Source of the DNA: Bythopirellula sp.
Lineage (GTDB): Bacteria; Planctomycetota; Planctomycetia; Pirellulales; Lacipirellulaceae
Assembly (NCBI GenBank): GCA_965216565.1
Contig: OZ244170.1
Span: forward strand, 3,648,001-3,712,000
Direction of reading: 5' to 3'
DNA length: 64,000 nucleotides
In this document: one piece after another, positions 51,476-59,795 of the stretch
Layout of the letters: every line of letters starts with the position of its first letter
Numbering within the stretch: position 1 is the first letter of the stretch
Notes under the pieces: generated by a model
What the model saw: the letters and a program-made list of their open reading frames with translations, nothing else
Databases searched by the model: none
What the model was told of the DNA's origin: nothing
Translations under genes and position numbers: made by a program

Positions 51476-51533
51476 TGTCATTTCGAGCGAAGCGAGAAAT
51501 CTGGCCAGATCCCTCGGCAGACCTCGGGATGAC
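51476..51533. repeat. Inverted doublet of a GTCATYYCGAG..CGAGRRATCT palindromic unit
   Basis: GTCATTTCGAGCGAAGCGAGAAATCT-GGCC-AGATCCCTCGGCAGACCTCGGGATGAC. Confidence 0.75.
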
Positions 51534-51592
51534 TAGTTAGCGTATTGGGCTGAAAAGCCAGTTGCTATTGATGAGCCGAAGTCGCTTACAGC

Positions 51593-52747
51593 TCATTCCC
51601 CAGCAGGCAGCAGGACAAACAGCACGCGGAGGTTGCCGCGATTGGCATCCAGCCTGGGGTCGGCGGTTGCGTCTACAGCGCTCTCGTCTTCGGCAGAATC
51701 AGAGGCGGCGAACTCTGCAGCAGAAGGTACCGCTGCTTCCGTTCCACGGCCTAAGTAGAGAGCCCACGCATTACTAGTCGAACCCTGAAGCGAAAGCCAA
51801 CTGCCCAACGATTCGAGCGCGCCATCTTCGGCAGCAAAGAAAGACAGTGCCGGGGCCGCGTCGCTTTGACGACGGATGTTGACCGTTGTCCAATCGGAAT
51901 CATCGCTCTGGCAGTGAAGTAGAATCTTGCGAATCTGCAGCAAAGGGGCGTCCACTAAGATCATTTGAGCGCGGTAGCCCTCGGAGGACGTTGTCGATGC
52001 CGGCGAATTCATTTGCGTAATGCCAGAATCCTCGAGCAACTGGGCAAAGGCGCCTTCCTGAGCAGCACCCGCTTTAGGTTTCAGGTGCACATGCAAATGT
52101 TCGAGCGGTGCGTCGCCCAATAACTGATCGCCGATCAACTCGACACTGGGCGAAGGAATCGTACTGAATTCCGACTCTGTCACTTCGTTCTTGTTTTGCC
52201 GCGACGAGAACATGGCTCCCAGACCGCCCATCCCGGCAATCTGCGTGTTCTCAGAATTAGCGCCACGAATGATGGTGTCCGGAGCACCTGCCTTGGCGTT
52301 GTCACCTGACATTGCCACCTGGTCGCCCGCGGGATTCTCGCCACCCTGGTAGAACATTAATAGCAAAGCCGCCGCGATGGCAGCTGCAGCGTAGACAATC
52401 CGTCGGCCCGATCCATGGTCGTTAGCCTCGTAGATGTCTGTGTTGTAGTCCAGGCTGTCCTCCAACGTTGAGCTTCGTGGTTCAACCTGGCTCCACGGCT
52501 GAACCTGAGCGCGCTGCAGCACTAGCTCGCGCAGATCGATGCCCAATGTGTGCGGAGGCAAGCTACGCACTGCCTCGGAAGCAGATCGCAATTGATCGAG
52601 CATTTCTCGCGCTTGCTCATCTTCCAACAGACGCGTTTCGACCTCACTATGCTCCTCAGCGGTCAACTCGCCATCGAGGTACGCACTTAGTAGCTCGCCA
52701 TTCAAGGGTTCTTTGCTCATTGGAGATTGGTCTTCAGATTCGGCCAT
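51593..52747 (-). CDS. Putative anti-sigma factor
   Basis: LLSAYLDGELTAEEHSEVETRL; TM YAAAAIAAALLLMF; downstream of ECF sigma. Confidence 0.85.
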   Translation of the reverse strand: MAESEDQSPMSKEPLNGELLSAYLDGELTAEEHSEVETRLLEDEQAREMLDQLRSASEAVRSLPPHTLGIDLRELVLQRAQVQPWSQVEPRSSTLEDSLDYNTDIYEANDHGSGRRIVYAAAAIAAALLLMFYQGGENPAGDQVAMSGDNAKAGAPDTIIRGANSENTQIAGMGGLGAMFSSRQNKNEVTESEFSTIPSPSVELIGDQLLGDAPLEHLHVHLKPKAGAAQEGAFAQLLEDSGITQMNSPASTTSSEGYRAQMILVDAPLLQIRKILLHCQSDDSDWTTVNIRRQSDAAPALSFFAAEDGALESLGSWLSLQGSTSNAWALYLGRGTEAAVPSAAEFAASDSAEDESAVDATADPRLDANRGNLRVLFVLLPAGE

Positions 52748-52786
52748 GGTGTTCTCGAAATCCTAATTCAAGTTCCTATCCCAATT

Positions 52787-52827
52787 TCCCCTCCCCCGTC
52801 TTCGAGGGGAGGGGTTAGGGAAGGGGG
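52787..52827. repeat. Solo copy of the DUF559-flanking repeat
   Basis: TCCCCTCCCCCGTCTTCGAGGGGAGGGGTTAGGGAAGGGGG between sigma and anti-sigma. Confidence 0.8.
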
Positions 52828-52829
52828 TT

Positions 52830-53429
52830 TCATCCAGTCACGTCTTCATCCTGCAACATCGCTTGTAATTGGTCTTTCAATTGCACACGCGCACGAAACA
52901 AGCGACTTCGGACAGTGCCTACCGGTACGTCCAGGATGTCGCCGATTTCTTCGTACGAGCAGCTTTCCATTTCACGCAGTACCAGAATCTGTCGATGCTC
53001 TTCGCCAAGTTCTAGTAGCGCCTGCTGTACCAATTGTGCACGCTCTTTCTGTTCTAAATCCTGTTCCGGCCCTTGGAGTTCGTCGATCGGCTCTTCGCCT
53101 AGCTGATCCTTCGCGGCATCGACCGAAACTACAGGCCGTTTCTTGCGACGCTGGCTCAAAGAGAGATTGATCGCAATGCGGTACAGCCATGTGTAAAATC
53201 GGGCGTCGCCTCGAAAGGTATCGAGCTTCACCAGCGCCTGCACAAACGCGTCTTGTGCCAAATCGCTGGCATCGTGTCTCGATCCGGTAAACCGGACCAA
53301 GGTATTAAACAACCTGTCTTGGTATTTTTGCACCAGTAGCCCGAACGACTGCGTGTCGCCGCTAAGGGTCGCCTGAACCAGTTCGGCGTCGTCCAATGGA
53401 GTTTCGTCCGGGGGGGGTTCGTGGCTCAC
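52830..53429 (-). CDS. ECF RNA polymerase sigma factor (RpoE/SigW-like)
   Basis: DAELV, ASDLAQDAF, FYTWLYRIAIN, SYEEIG, VPVGTVRSRLFRAR; GTG 53429 chosen because it lies downstream of the promoter. Confidence 0.93.
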   Translation of the reverse strand: MSHEPPPDETPLDDAELVQATLSGDTQSFGLLVQKYQDRLFNTLVRFTGSRHDASDLAQDAFVQALVKLDTFRGDARFYTWLYRIAINLSLSQRRKKRPVVSVDAAKDQLGEEPIDELQGPEQDLEQKERAQLVQQALLELGEEHRQILVLREMESCSYEEIGDILDVPVGTVRSRLFRARVQLKDQLQAMLQDEDVTG

Positions 53430-53451
53430 TTTTCGCTCGGGTATCGGAGGG

Positions 53452-53480
53452 TTGGACGCGCACACAGGCGGAAGAGTTCC
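53452..53480 (-). promoter_or_regulatory. ECF promoter GGAACT-N16-CGTCCAA, likely autoregulatory
   Basis: Canonical ECF -35/-10 about 25 nt upstream of the sigma start. Confidence 0.72.
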
Positions 53481-53539
53481 CACATTTTACCGGCTGAAAG
53501 GGGGCGTCTTGGGGCTTTTTATCGCAATTCTGCTACTAT

Positions 53540-54751
53540 TTGAGCATGGATCCCCTCAATTGGATAGATGACGGCCTCCGGCAACTCCGCCAGCAGGACC
53601 TACTGCGGACGCTTCCCCCGGCGATTGGCGCCGCTGGAGTTGTGGCGGTGGACGAGGGTCAGCGGTATCTAAACTTTGCCTCCAACGACTATCTGGGCTT
53701 GGCGGCCGACCCTCGGCTGGTCGACGCCGCCGTCAATGCCTCGAAATCTACGGGCGTCGGCCGCGGCGCCAGTCCCTTAATCTGCGGTCGCGCCACCTGG
53801 CACGAACGGCTGGAACAGCGGCTGGCAGAATTCGAGCAGACCGAAGCCGCCCTGCTGTTCCCTTCCGGCTTTGCCGCCAATACGGGCGTGATCCCAGCAC
53901 TGGTCGACAAAGACGATGCTGTCTACAGCGATGCTTACAACCACGCGAGCATCGTCGATGGTTGTCGGCTGTCGAGGGCGCAGCGATTTGTCTATCCGCA
54001 TAACGACACCGATGCCCTGGAAAAACTACTGCGTGAGGGCCACAGCTTCCGGCGTCGCCTGATCGTGACCGATACCCTGTTCAGCATGGACGGAGATTTC
54101 GCCACGCTGAGTCAACTGGGCGAGCTGGCTGAAAAATACCAGGCAATGCTGATGGTCGACGAAGCGCACGCCACCGGGGTTTTTGGCGAGCACGGCCGTG
54201 GATTGGTTGAACACTTTGCCGATAGCCACCCTCGGCTGCACGAGCAGGTTCAAGTCCGCGTGGGTACATTGAGCAAATCGCTCGGCTCAGCCGGTGGCTT
54301 CGTTTGTGGAAGCCAGTCTCTGGTGGACTGGCTGGCCAATCGAGCCCGATCTTACGTCTTCTCCACGGCCCACCCCGCGGCAGCCAGCGCCGCAGCACTT
54401 ACGGCATTAGAAATAGTGGAGAGTGAACCCGAGCGACGGCAAAGGTTGCTAGAAACAGCCCAGCGCGTCCGCTTGGAGCTTCGCGAGCAAGGTTGGACAC
54501 TGGGAACAACCACCAGCCAAATCGTGACAATACGCATCGGTTCCGCAGCAAAAACCATGAAGCTGGCGGCGGCACTTCGAGATCGAAACATCTGGGTGGG
54601 AGGAATCCGACCACCGTCAGTGGCGGAGAACGAGTCGCTCCTGCGAATCGGCCTTTCTGCAGCGCACAGCGACGAGATGATTGAGCAATTGCTCGCAACG
54701 CTGGGTGAGTCCCGCAGTTTGGTCCTGGAATCAGTTCCTCTTCAAATGTAG
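53540..54751 (+). CDS. bioF: 8-amino-7-oxononanoate synthase
   Basis: NFASNDYLGL, NHASIVDG, FSMDGD, VDEAHATG, GTLSKSLG, IRPPSV. Confidence 0.92.
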   Translation: MSMDPLNWIDDGLRQLRQQDLLRTLPPAIGAAGVVAVDEGQRYLNFASNDYLGLAADPRLVDAAVNASKSTGVGRGASPLICGRATWHERLEQRLAEFEQTEAALLFPSGFAANTGVIPALVDKDDAVYSDAYNHASIVDGCRLSRAQRFVYPHNDTDALEKLLREGHSFRRRLIVTDTLFSMDGDFATLSQLGELAEKYQAMLMVDEAHATGVFGEHGRGLVEHFADSHPRLHEQVQVRVGTLSKSLGSAGGFVCGSQSLVDWLANRARSYVFSTAHPAAASAAALTALEIVESEPERRQRLLETAQRVRLELREQGWTLGTTTSQIVTIRIGSAAKTMKLAAALRDRNIWVGGIRPPSVAENESLLRIGLSAAHSDEMIEQLLATLGESRSLVLESVPLQM

Positions 54752-55089
54752 CTGGATTCGCAAGAATTCAGATCACACGAGTCTGAATTCTTGCGAATTC
54801 AGCGACGGGTTGCCCAGCAATCGATCGTCGCCCCTAAGTGCAGATCAATCGCAATGTGACGGTTCTGCGGGGTCAAAATCGCCAGCAACGCGGCCCTATT
54901 CTGAGAGTATTCGGTAATCGTAAGCCATAGGCCAGCAAAAACTTGACGCTGCCCAGGTGCCCACTTACGATCGAAAATAGAGGAACTTCCCACCACCTGA
55001 AACACTTTCGTGTGGTCGGTGATAGGCTGTAGCTGAATACGCAAGTATTCAGAACACAAATTCGGCTGAATTCTTGCGAATCCAGCTAC
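54748..55089. repeat. Four 24-bp GTAG-type REP units arranged as two inverted doublets
   Basis: GTAGCTGGATTCGCAAGAATTCAG-like units at 54748-54771(+), 54783-54806(-), 55029-55052(+), 55066-55089(-). Confidence 0.88.
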
Positions 55090-55108
55090 GTTCTACAAGG
55101 AACATCGC

Positions 55109-56290
55109 TTGGCACTCGTTTTCCAAATCGTATTGGCTCTCGCCCTGGTCACGGCCTTGGTGAGCATCGTGCTTAGCACCAAAATCTGGCATTGGACCCA
55201 GGTGGTGTTGGTGACGTTCATCTTGCTATTTGGCATCACCGCAATGTTCCTAGGTGCTGAGGTCTTTCGCATTCATCGCAATCTGCGCGCTGGCATTCCG
55301 AATTTCGAACAAAGACTTGAGGCCGAAGCTAAAAAGACAGAGCGTCTGCTCAACGGCGCGGGTGAGGACCTTGGCATACGAGAACTCGAGCACGAATTGC
55401 AGCTCGTCACCCGGCAACGCGGTCGCGTTTGGCGACAAGTGCAACCTGTGGGCCAGGTCAGCGATCAAGGCGAGGTGACCGTAGCGGTTCCCCAACCGGT
55501 GCCTCACGGACTCGATACCGATTCGATCGTCTACGCTTTCGAGTCGGGCAACCCCATCGAAGGGGCCCAGTATCTGGGTGAGTTCCGCGTCACTGGTTCT
55601 ACGGCCGAGGGCGTGACGTTAGAACCCGTCACACTCATTGATCAACGAACCGGCGAGCGACTCGCGAATAGCGGCGGGCCCTGGACCTTGTTTGAAACCA
55701 TGCCCTCCGATCGCCACAATTTGTACGAAGACCTCAGTGAGGAACAACTTCGCGAGCTACTGCCCGAATCGACAGTCGCTGAGTTCATCCATCATGGAGA
55801 AGAGGCCGACAACGATGATGATCCTTGGAACGTGATTAGCTTGGATGCATCAGGCAATCGGGTTGACCCAGACTCAGCAGATGCAGTGGCGAAAAAGCTC
55901 TATGATCGACCATTGCGAGACTACGCCTATCTATTCGAAGAACTAGCCCGGGAACGTGTAGAAGCACGGGCGCAAATCCAAGCCATCCAAGGCGACATCG
56001 CTAAGCTAGAAGAAACCTTAGCCAGCGCTGAAAAGCTCAGCCAATTTCGCCAGGAGCAGATTGACGCCCTGTCGAGCGATGTCGAGGGAATGCGCAGCGA
56101 TCGTGAAAAAATTGAGTCGCTACGCGATCGGGTTCAACAGGGATTGTCCAACGCCCTGAAACGAATTGAAAGTCTTCTGGCAGAAAACCTCTCTTTGGCC
56201 CGCCAACTCAAGCGGCAGCAGCTACAATCGATCGAAGAGATCGACTCGCGTGCTCCTTCGCCCCGCGACCTAGGTATTCTTAGCCCCTAG
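55109..56290 (+). CDS. Hypothetical membrane protein with two N-terminal TMs and C-terminal coiled coil
   Basis: 393-aa ORF; RBS AAGGAA; heptad-rich C-terminus. Confidence 0.8.
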   Translation: MALVFQIVLALALVTALVSIVLSTKIWHWTQVVLVTFILLFGITAMFLGAEVFRIHRNLRAGIPNFEQRLEAEAKKTERLLNGAGEDLGIRELEHELQLVTRQRGRVWRQVQPVGQVSDQGEVTVAVPQPVPHGLDTDSIVYAFESGNPIEGAQYLGEFRVTGSTAEGVTLEPVTLIDQRTGERLANSGGPWTLFETMPSDRHNLYEDLSEEQLRELLPESTVAEFIHHGEEADNDDDPWNVISLDASGNRVDPDSADAVAKKLYDRPLRDYAYLFEELARERVEARAQIQAIQGDIAKLEETLASAEKLSQFRQEQIDALSSDVEGMRSDREKIESLRDRVQQGLSNALKRIESLLAENLSLARQLKRQQLQSIEEIDSRAPSPRDLGILSP

Positions 56291-56462
56291 CCGGAGTAGA
56301 ATTACCGGGGCTAGAATTCCGCTGGACCCGGTTTCGCTATTCCTCTAGTGCAGTAGTGGGCCGTCCAATACCGCAGCGAGAGCGGTGCTAGCAGGACATT
56401 CCACTTCCTGGAACCCTTCGTGCGATGTATCTTTCTTGACCCTTGCCTAGGCATGGCGATAA

Positions 56463-56497
56463 ACCACCCACTACCGACAACCGACCACTGACCAACT
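56463..56497. repeat. Five degenerate heptamer tandem repeats
   Basis: ACCACCC ACTACCG ACAACCG ACCACTG ACCAACT. Confidence 0.6.
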
Positions 56498-56501
56498 CCC
56501 C

Positions 56502-57344
56502 ATGGGTTACGACAACCGCGACTACGCCTACGGTGCCCAACCGGGCATTCATCTACAACCGCCCCAGTCGGTGACGATGAAGCTGGTGCTGATTACATTT
56601 GTTGTGTACGGCCTACAGCTTTTCGTGCAGTCGTTTTCCAATTGGTTTGTATTGACCGCCGATTGGTTTGTGCAACCTTGGCGTTTCTACACGCTGCTCA
56701 GTTACGGCTTTCTGCACGACGAGCAAGGCGTGCAGCATATTCTGTTCAACATGCTGATGCTGTGGATGTTCGGACGCGAGCTAGAAACCCTTTACGGCCG
56801 GCGGGAATATCTGCTGTTCTACCTCTGGGCAATCGTTTTCGCAGGACTGTTCTGGTCAATCAGCGAAGCATCCGTGGGCCGAGGCCAAGCGGCTATGCTC
56901 GGCGCATCGGGCGGAATCAGCGCTCTCTTTGTGCTATTTGCACTCAATTATCCACATCGTCAGGTGCTCTTCATGTTCGTGATTCCCATGCCGATGTGGG
57001 TTGTCGCACTGATGTTTGTGGGGCATGACATCTATGGTTCGATCTATCGAACCAGCAATATCGCCTTCACCGCTCACTTAGCGGGAGCTGTTGCGGGGCT
57101 TTACTACTACAAATTCGGATTCTCACCGTTTGCGTGGATTGCAAACCGGTTCTCGGGCGTAAGGCCCAAACGGGGACCGAGCTTACGCCTGCATACGCCG
57201 ACTGCTGAAGACGGACCGAATGAGGACGATCGCGAAAACGAAATTCTCAAAAAGATTCACGAGCAGGGCCAGGAAAGCCTCACGCGGAGTGAACGAAAGT
57301 ACCTGGAGAAAAACAGCGAAAAGTATCGACGCAAACGGTCGTAG
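56502..57344 (+). CDS. Rhomboid family intramembrane serine protease
   Basis: WR motif, HILFNM, GASGG, AHLAG. Confidence 0.93.
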   Translation: MGYDNRDYAYGAQPGIHLQPPQSVTMKLVLITFVVYGLQLFVQSFSNWFVLTADWFVQPWRFYTLLSYGFLHDEQGVQHILFNMLMLWMFGRELETLYGRREYLLFYLWAIVFAGLFWSISEASVGRGQAAMLGASGGISALFVLFALNYPHRQVLFMFVIPMPMWVVALMFVGHDIYGSIYRTSNIAFTAHLAGAVAGLYYYKFGFSPFAWIANRFSGVRPKRGPSLRLHTPTAEDGPNEDDRENEILKKIHEQGQESLTRSERKYLEKNSEKYRRKRS

Positions 57345-57352
57345 CACCCCCA

Positions 57353-57422
57353 TAGCCCCCGGCTCCGTCGGGGGATTGTGTTGGCCTGCGTTGTCACGAT
57401 CCCACGGCAGAGCCGTGGGCTA
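57353..57422. repeat. Inverted REP-like doublet (TAGCCCACGGCTCTGCCGTGGGA family)
   Basis: 57353-57375 and reverse copy 57400-57422. Confidence 0.7.
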
Positions 57423-57498
57423 GATGAATTGATTGCGTATCAGTGAATTGGTTGCGGATTAGATCGTTAGCTCACTAGATGGAAAGGATTCCAAACTC

Positions 57499-58413
57499 TT
57501 GTCACGCTTGCTGAAAATGTGCTGCTTCGGAGCGATCTTGCTGCTACCGGCACCCATGGCTTGGAGGGCGTGGCGTGAGGATACGCCTCCAACGCGTTCC
57601 CCTCTTCTCGCAACATTGCCCAGGAGCCAGGGCATGGTGCAATTGCCAGCCGGCAGCTTCGCGATGGGTAGTCACAACTCTGGAGAAATGGACCAGGAAC
57701 CGGTCCACGATGTGGCTCTGCGAAGCTTCTGGCTAGACGTGCATCCCGTGACCAATGCGCAGTTCTCCAAATTCGTCGAGAGCACCAACTACGAAACTAC
57801 AGCTGAGGAGCTTGGGTACTCACAAGTCTTCATGCGACGCAACAAGCAATGGCAGAAAGTCACCGGTGCCAACTGGCGACGACCGGAAGGTCCCGACGAC
57901 ACGCTTGTCGGCAAGGAAAATCACCCGGTGGTCCAGGTCTCCTGGTTCGATGCCGCCGCGTATGCCGCGTGGGCAGGAAAGCGGCTACCTACCGAAGCAG
58001 AAATGGAATACGCCGCGCGAGCGGGTCTGAATGATCGCGACTATCCGTGGGACGATCAAACGCCGGCGGCCCAACGTGCCAATGGTTGGCAAGGCTGGTT
58101 CCCCGACGAGAACCACAAACTTGATGGGTTTTCCGGCGTCGCCCCCGTCAGCAGCTTTCCGCCCAACCGGTGGGGGCTCTACGACACCGCGGGCAATGTC
58201 TGGTGCTGGTGCGCAGATTGGTACAGCCCGGAGTACTACGGCGCAGCTTCCTTGCGCGACCCCGTCGGACCGAAAACAGGGTCTGAGCGAGTGCGCCGCG
58301 GCGGCAGTTGGCAGTCGTCAGACAACCACGAAGGCGGCCTCCGCCTCGCCCAACGCGGACATGCCCCACCCGAGCAATCGACCAATCACACCGGTTTTCG
58401 CTGTGCGCATTAG
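57499..58413 (+). CDS. Formylglycine-generating-enzyme (FGE/SUMF1) family domain protein
   Basis: FAMGS, VTNAQF, HPVVQVSW, RLPTEAEMEYAAR, GNVW, RGGSW, GFRC. Confidence 0.9.
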   Translation: MSRLLKMCCFGAILLLPAPMAWRAWREDTPPTRSPLLATLPRSQGMVQLPAGSFAMGSHNSGEMDQEPVHDVALRSFWLDVHPVTNAQFSKFVESTNYETTAEELGYSQVFMRRNKQWQKVTGANWRRPEGPDDTLVGKENHPVVQVSWFDAAAYAAWAGKRLPTEAEMEYAARAGLNDRDYPWDDQTPAAQRANGWQGWFPDENHKLDGFSGVAPVSSFPPNRWGLYDTAGNVWCWCADWYSPEYYGAASLRDPVGPKTGSERVRRGGSWQSSDNHEGGLRLAQRGHAPPEQSTNHTGFRCAH

Positions 58414-58549
58414 TGCAATCTTTATCTGTCGGACCACGTGGCGGTCCGACTATCCCCCAAAATAAAGCCCCTGGTCTTGTGAAGATTTTGCGCTAGTGTA
58501 CCGTTAGTGAAACTAACGCTCCACAATGCCAGCTGGTTGGGAATATGCG

Positions 58550-59470
58550 ATGAGTGCAGAAGGTTCGAATCGAAAAATCGTGGTTACCGGTGCTTCCGGG
58601 TTGGTCGGGACACCGCTGGTCAACTCACTCGAAGCCGCGGGGCACGAGGTATTGCGTGCCGTGCGTCGCGAAGTCCGCGATCCTGCGAAAGAACTCTTCT
58701 GGAATCCCGCTGCAGGGGAAATCGACCGAGACAAACTTGCCGGTGCCGATGCGGTGGTGCATTTGGCCGGAGCAAACATCGCGGGCAAGCGCTGGACCGA
58801 GGACTACAAACAAACATTGATCGATAGCCGTGTCGATGGCACGACACTCATCAGCGAGACCATGGCCTCGCTCGATCCCAAGCCACGTGTGTTGGCCTGC
58901 GCTTCGGCCATTGGCTACTACGGAGATCGCGGCGTCGAAGTGCTCGACGAATCCGCTTCCAGCGGCGATGCCTTTCTGCCCGAAGTCTGTTTGCAATGGG
59001 AACGCGCTTGCCAACCAGCCCGCGACGCGGGTATCCGCGTCGCCAACATGCGACTCGGCGTAGTTCTAAGCCCCGAAGGTGGTGCGCTTGCCAAGATGCT
59101 GCCGCCGTTCAAGATGGGGGCCGGCGGAGTTCTAGGAAGTGGCAAGCAATACTTCAGCTGGATCTCACTCAACGATGCTGTTGATGCCATCGAACACGTT
59201 TTGGAAACCCAAGACATTACCGGACCCGTGAATCTTGTGGCACCGGCCCCGGTCACCAACCGCGAATTCACCAAGGCCTTAGGCAAGGTTCTGTCCCGCC
59301 CCACGGTGATCCCCATGCCCGCCTTTGCGGCAAAATTGGCATTGGGCGAGATGGCCGATGCCCTCCTGCTGGCTAGCACACGGGTCGATCCCAAAGTGCT
59401 ACGGGAGACGCAATTCCAGTTTCAGCATCCCACCGTAGAATCTGCTCTGAGAGATCTCCTGCAGAAATAG
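58550..59470 (+). CDS. TIGR01777 (YfcH-like) NAD(P)-binding epimerase family protein
   Basis: VTGASGLVG, HLAGANIAGKRWT, SAIGYYG, GSGKQYFSWI. Confidence 0.9.
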   Translation: MSAEGSNRKIVVTGASGLVGTPLVNSLEAAGHEVLRAVRREVRDPAKELFWNPAAGEIDRDKLAGADAVVHLAGANIAGKRWTEDYKQTLIDSRVDGTTLISETMASLDPKPRVLACASAIGYYGDRGVEVLDESASSGDAFLPEVCLQWERACQPARDAGIRVANMRLGVVLSPEGGALAKMLPPFKMGAGGVLGSGKQYFSWISLNDAVDAIEHVLETQDITGPVNLVAPAPVTNREFTKALGKVLSRPTVIPMPAFAAKLALGEMADALLLASTRVDPKVLRETQFQFQHPTVESALRDLLQK

Positions 59471-59547
59471 CCTCTCTTTTTGAGGGCCATTGTGAGAACT
59501 ATCTCATGCGGTAAAATGGGGGGTTCTAACATTACAGCGCAGGGTGA

Positions 59548-59743
59548 GCTTGAAATGGGGACTAGCTCGTGATTGCTGAGTTATGTTTTGGGAATTGATT
59601 AAACGTAGCTAAAATCACGTGCCTGTCCCCATTTCAAGCGGAAGTTACAGATGGTCCGTCGAAAAAAGGGACAGGCACGACGACGTTGCGTGCGATGAGG
59701 GCTCAAGCCGTGTTCGAGCGTCGAGCCAGTCCCTATTTTCGAC
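59548..59743. repeat. Two oppositely oriented short elements with GGGACAGGCAC / GAGCCAGTCCC asymmetric inverted ends
   Basis: 59548-59639 (24/27 arms) and 59658-59743 (22/25 arms). Confidence 0.8.
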
Positions 59744-59795
59744 TCGCAACTCGGCGCTGTAATACTTAACTCTCTCATGGAACTCAGGAATCGCT

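Noticed and set aside
54748..55089. Possible CRISPR array from four 24-bp repeats
   Set aside because: Copies alternate in orientation with irregular spacing and no cas genes are present; fits REP doublets
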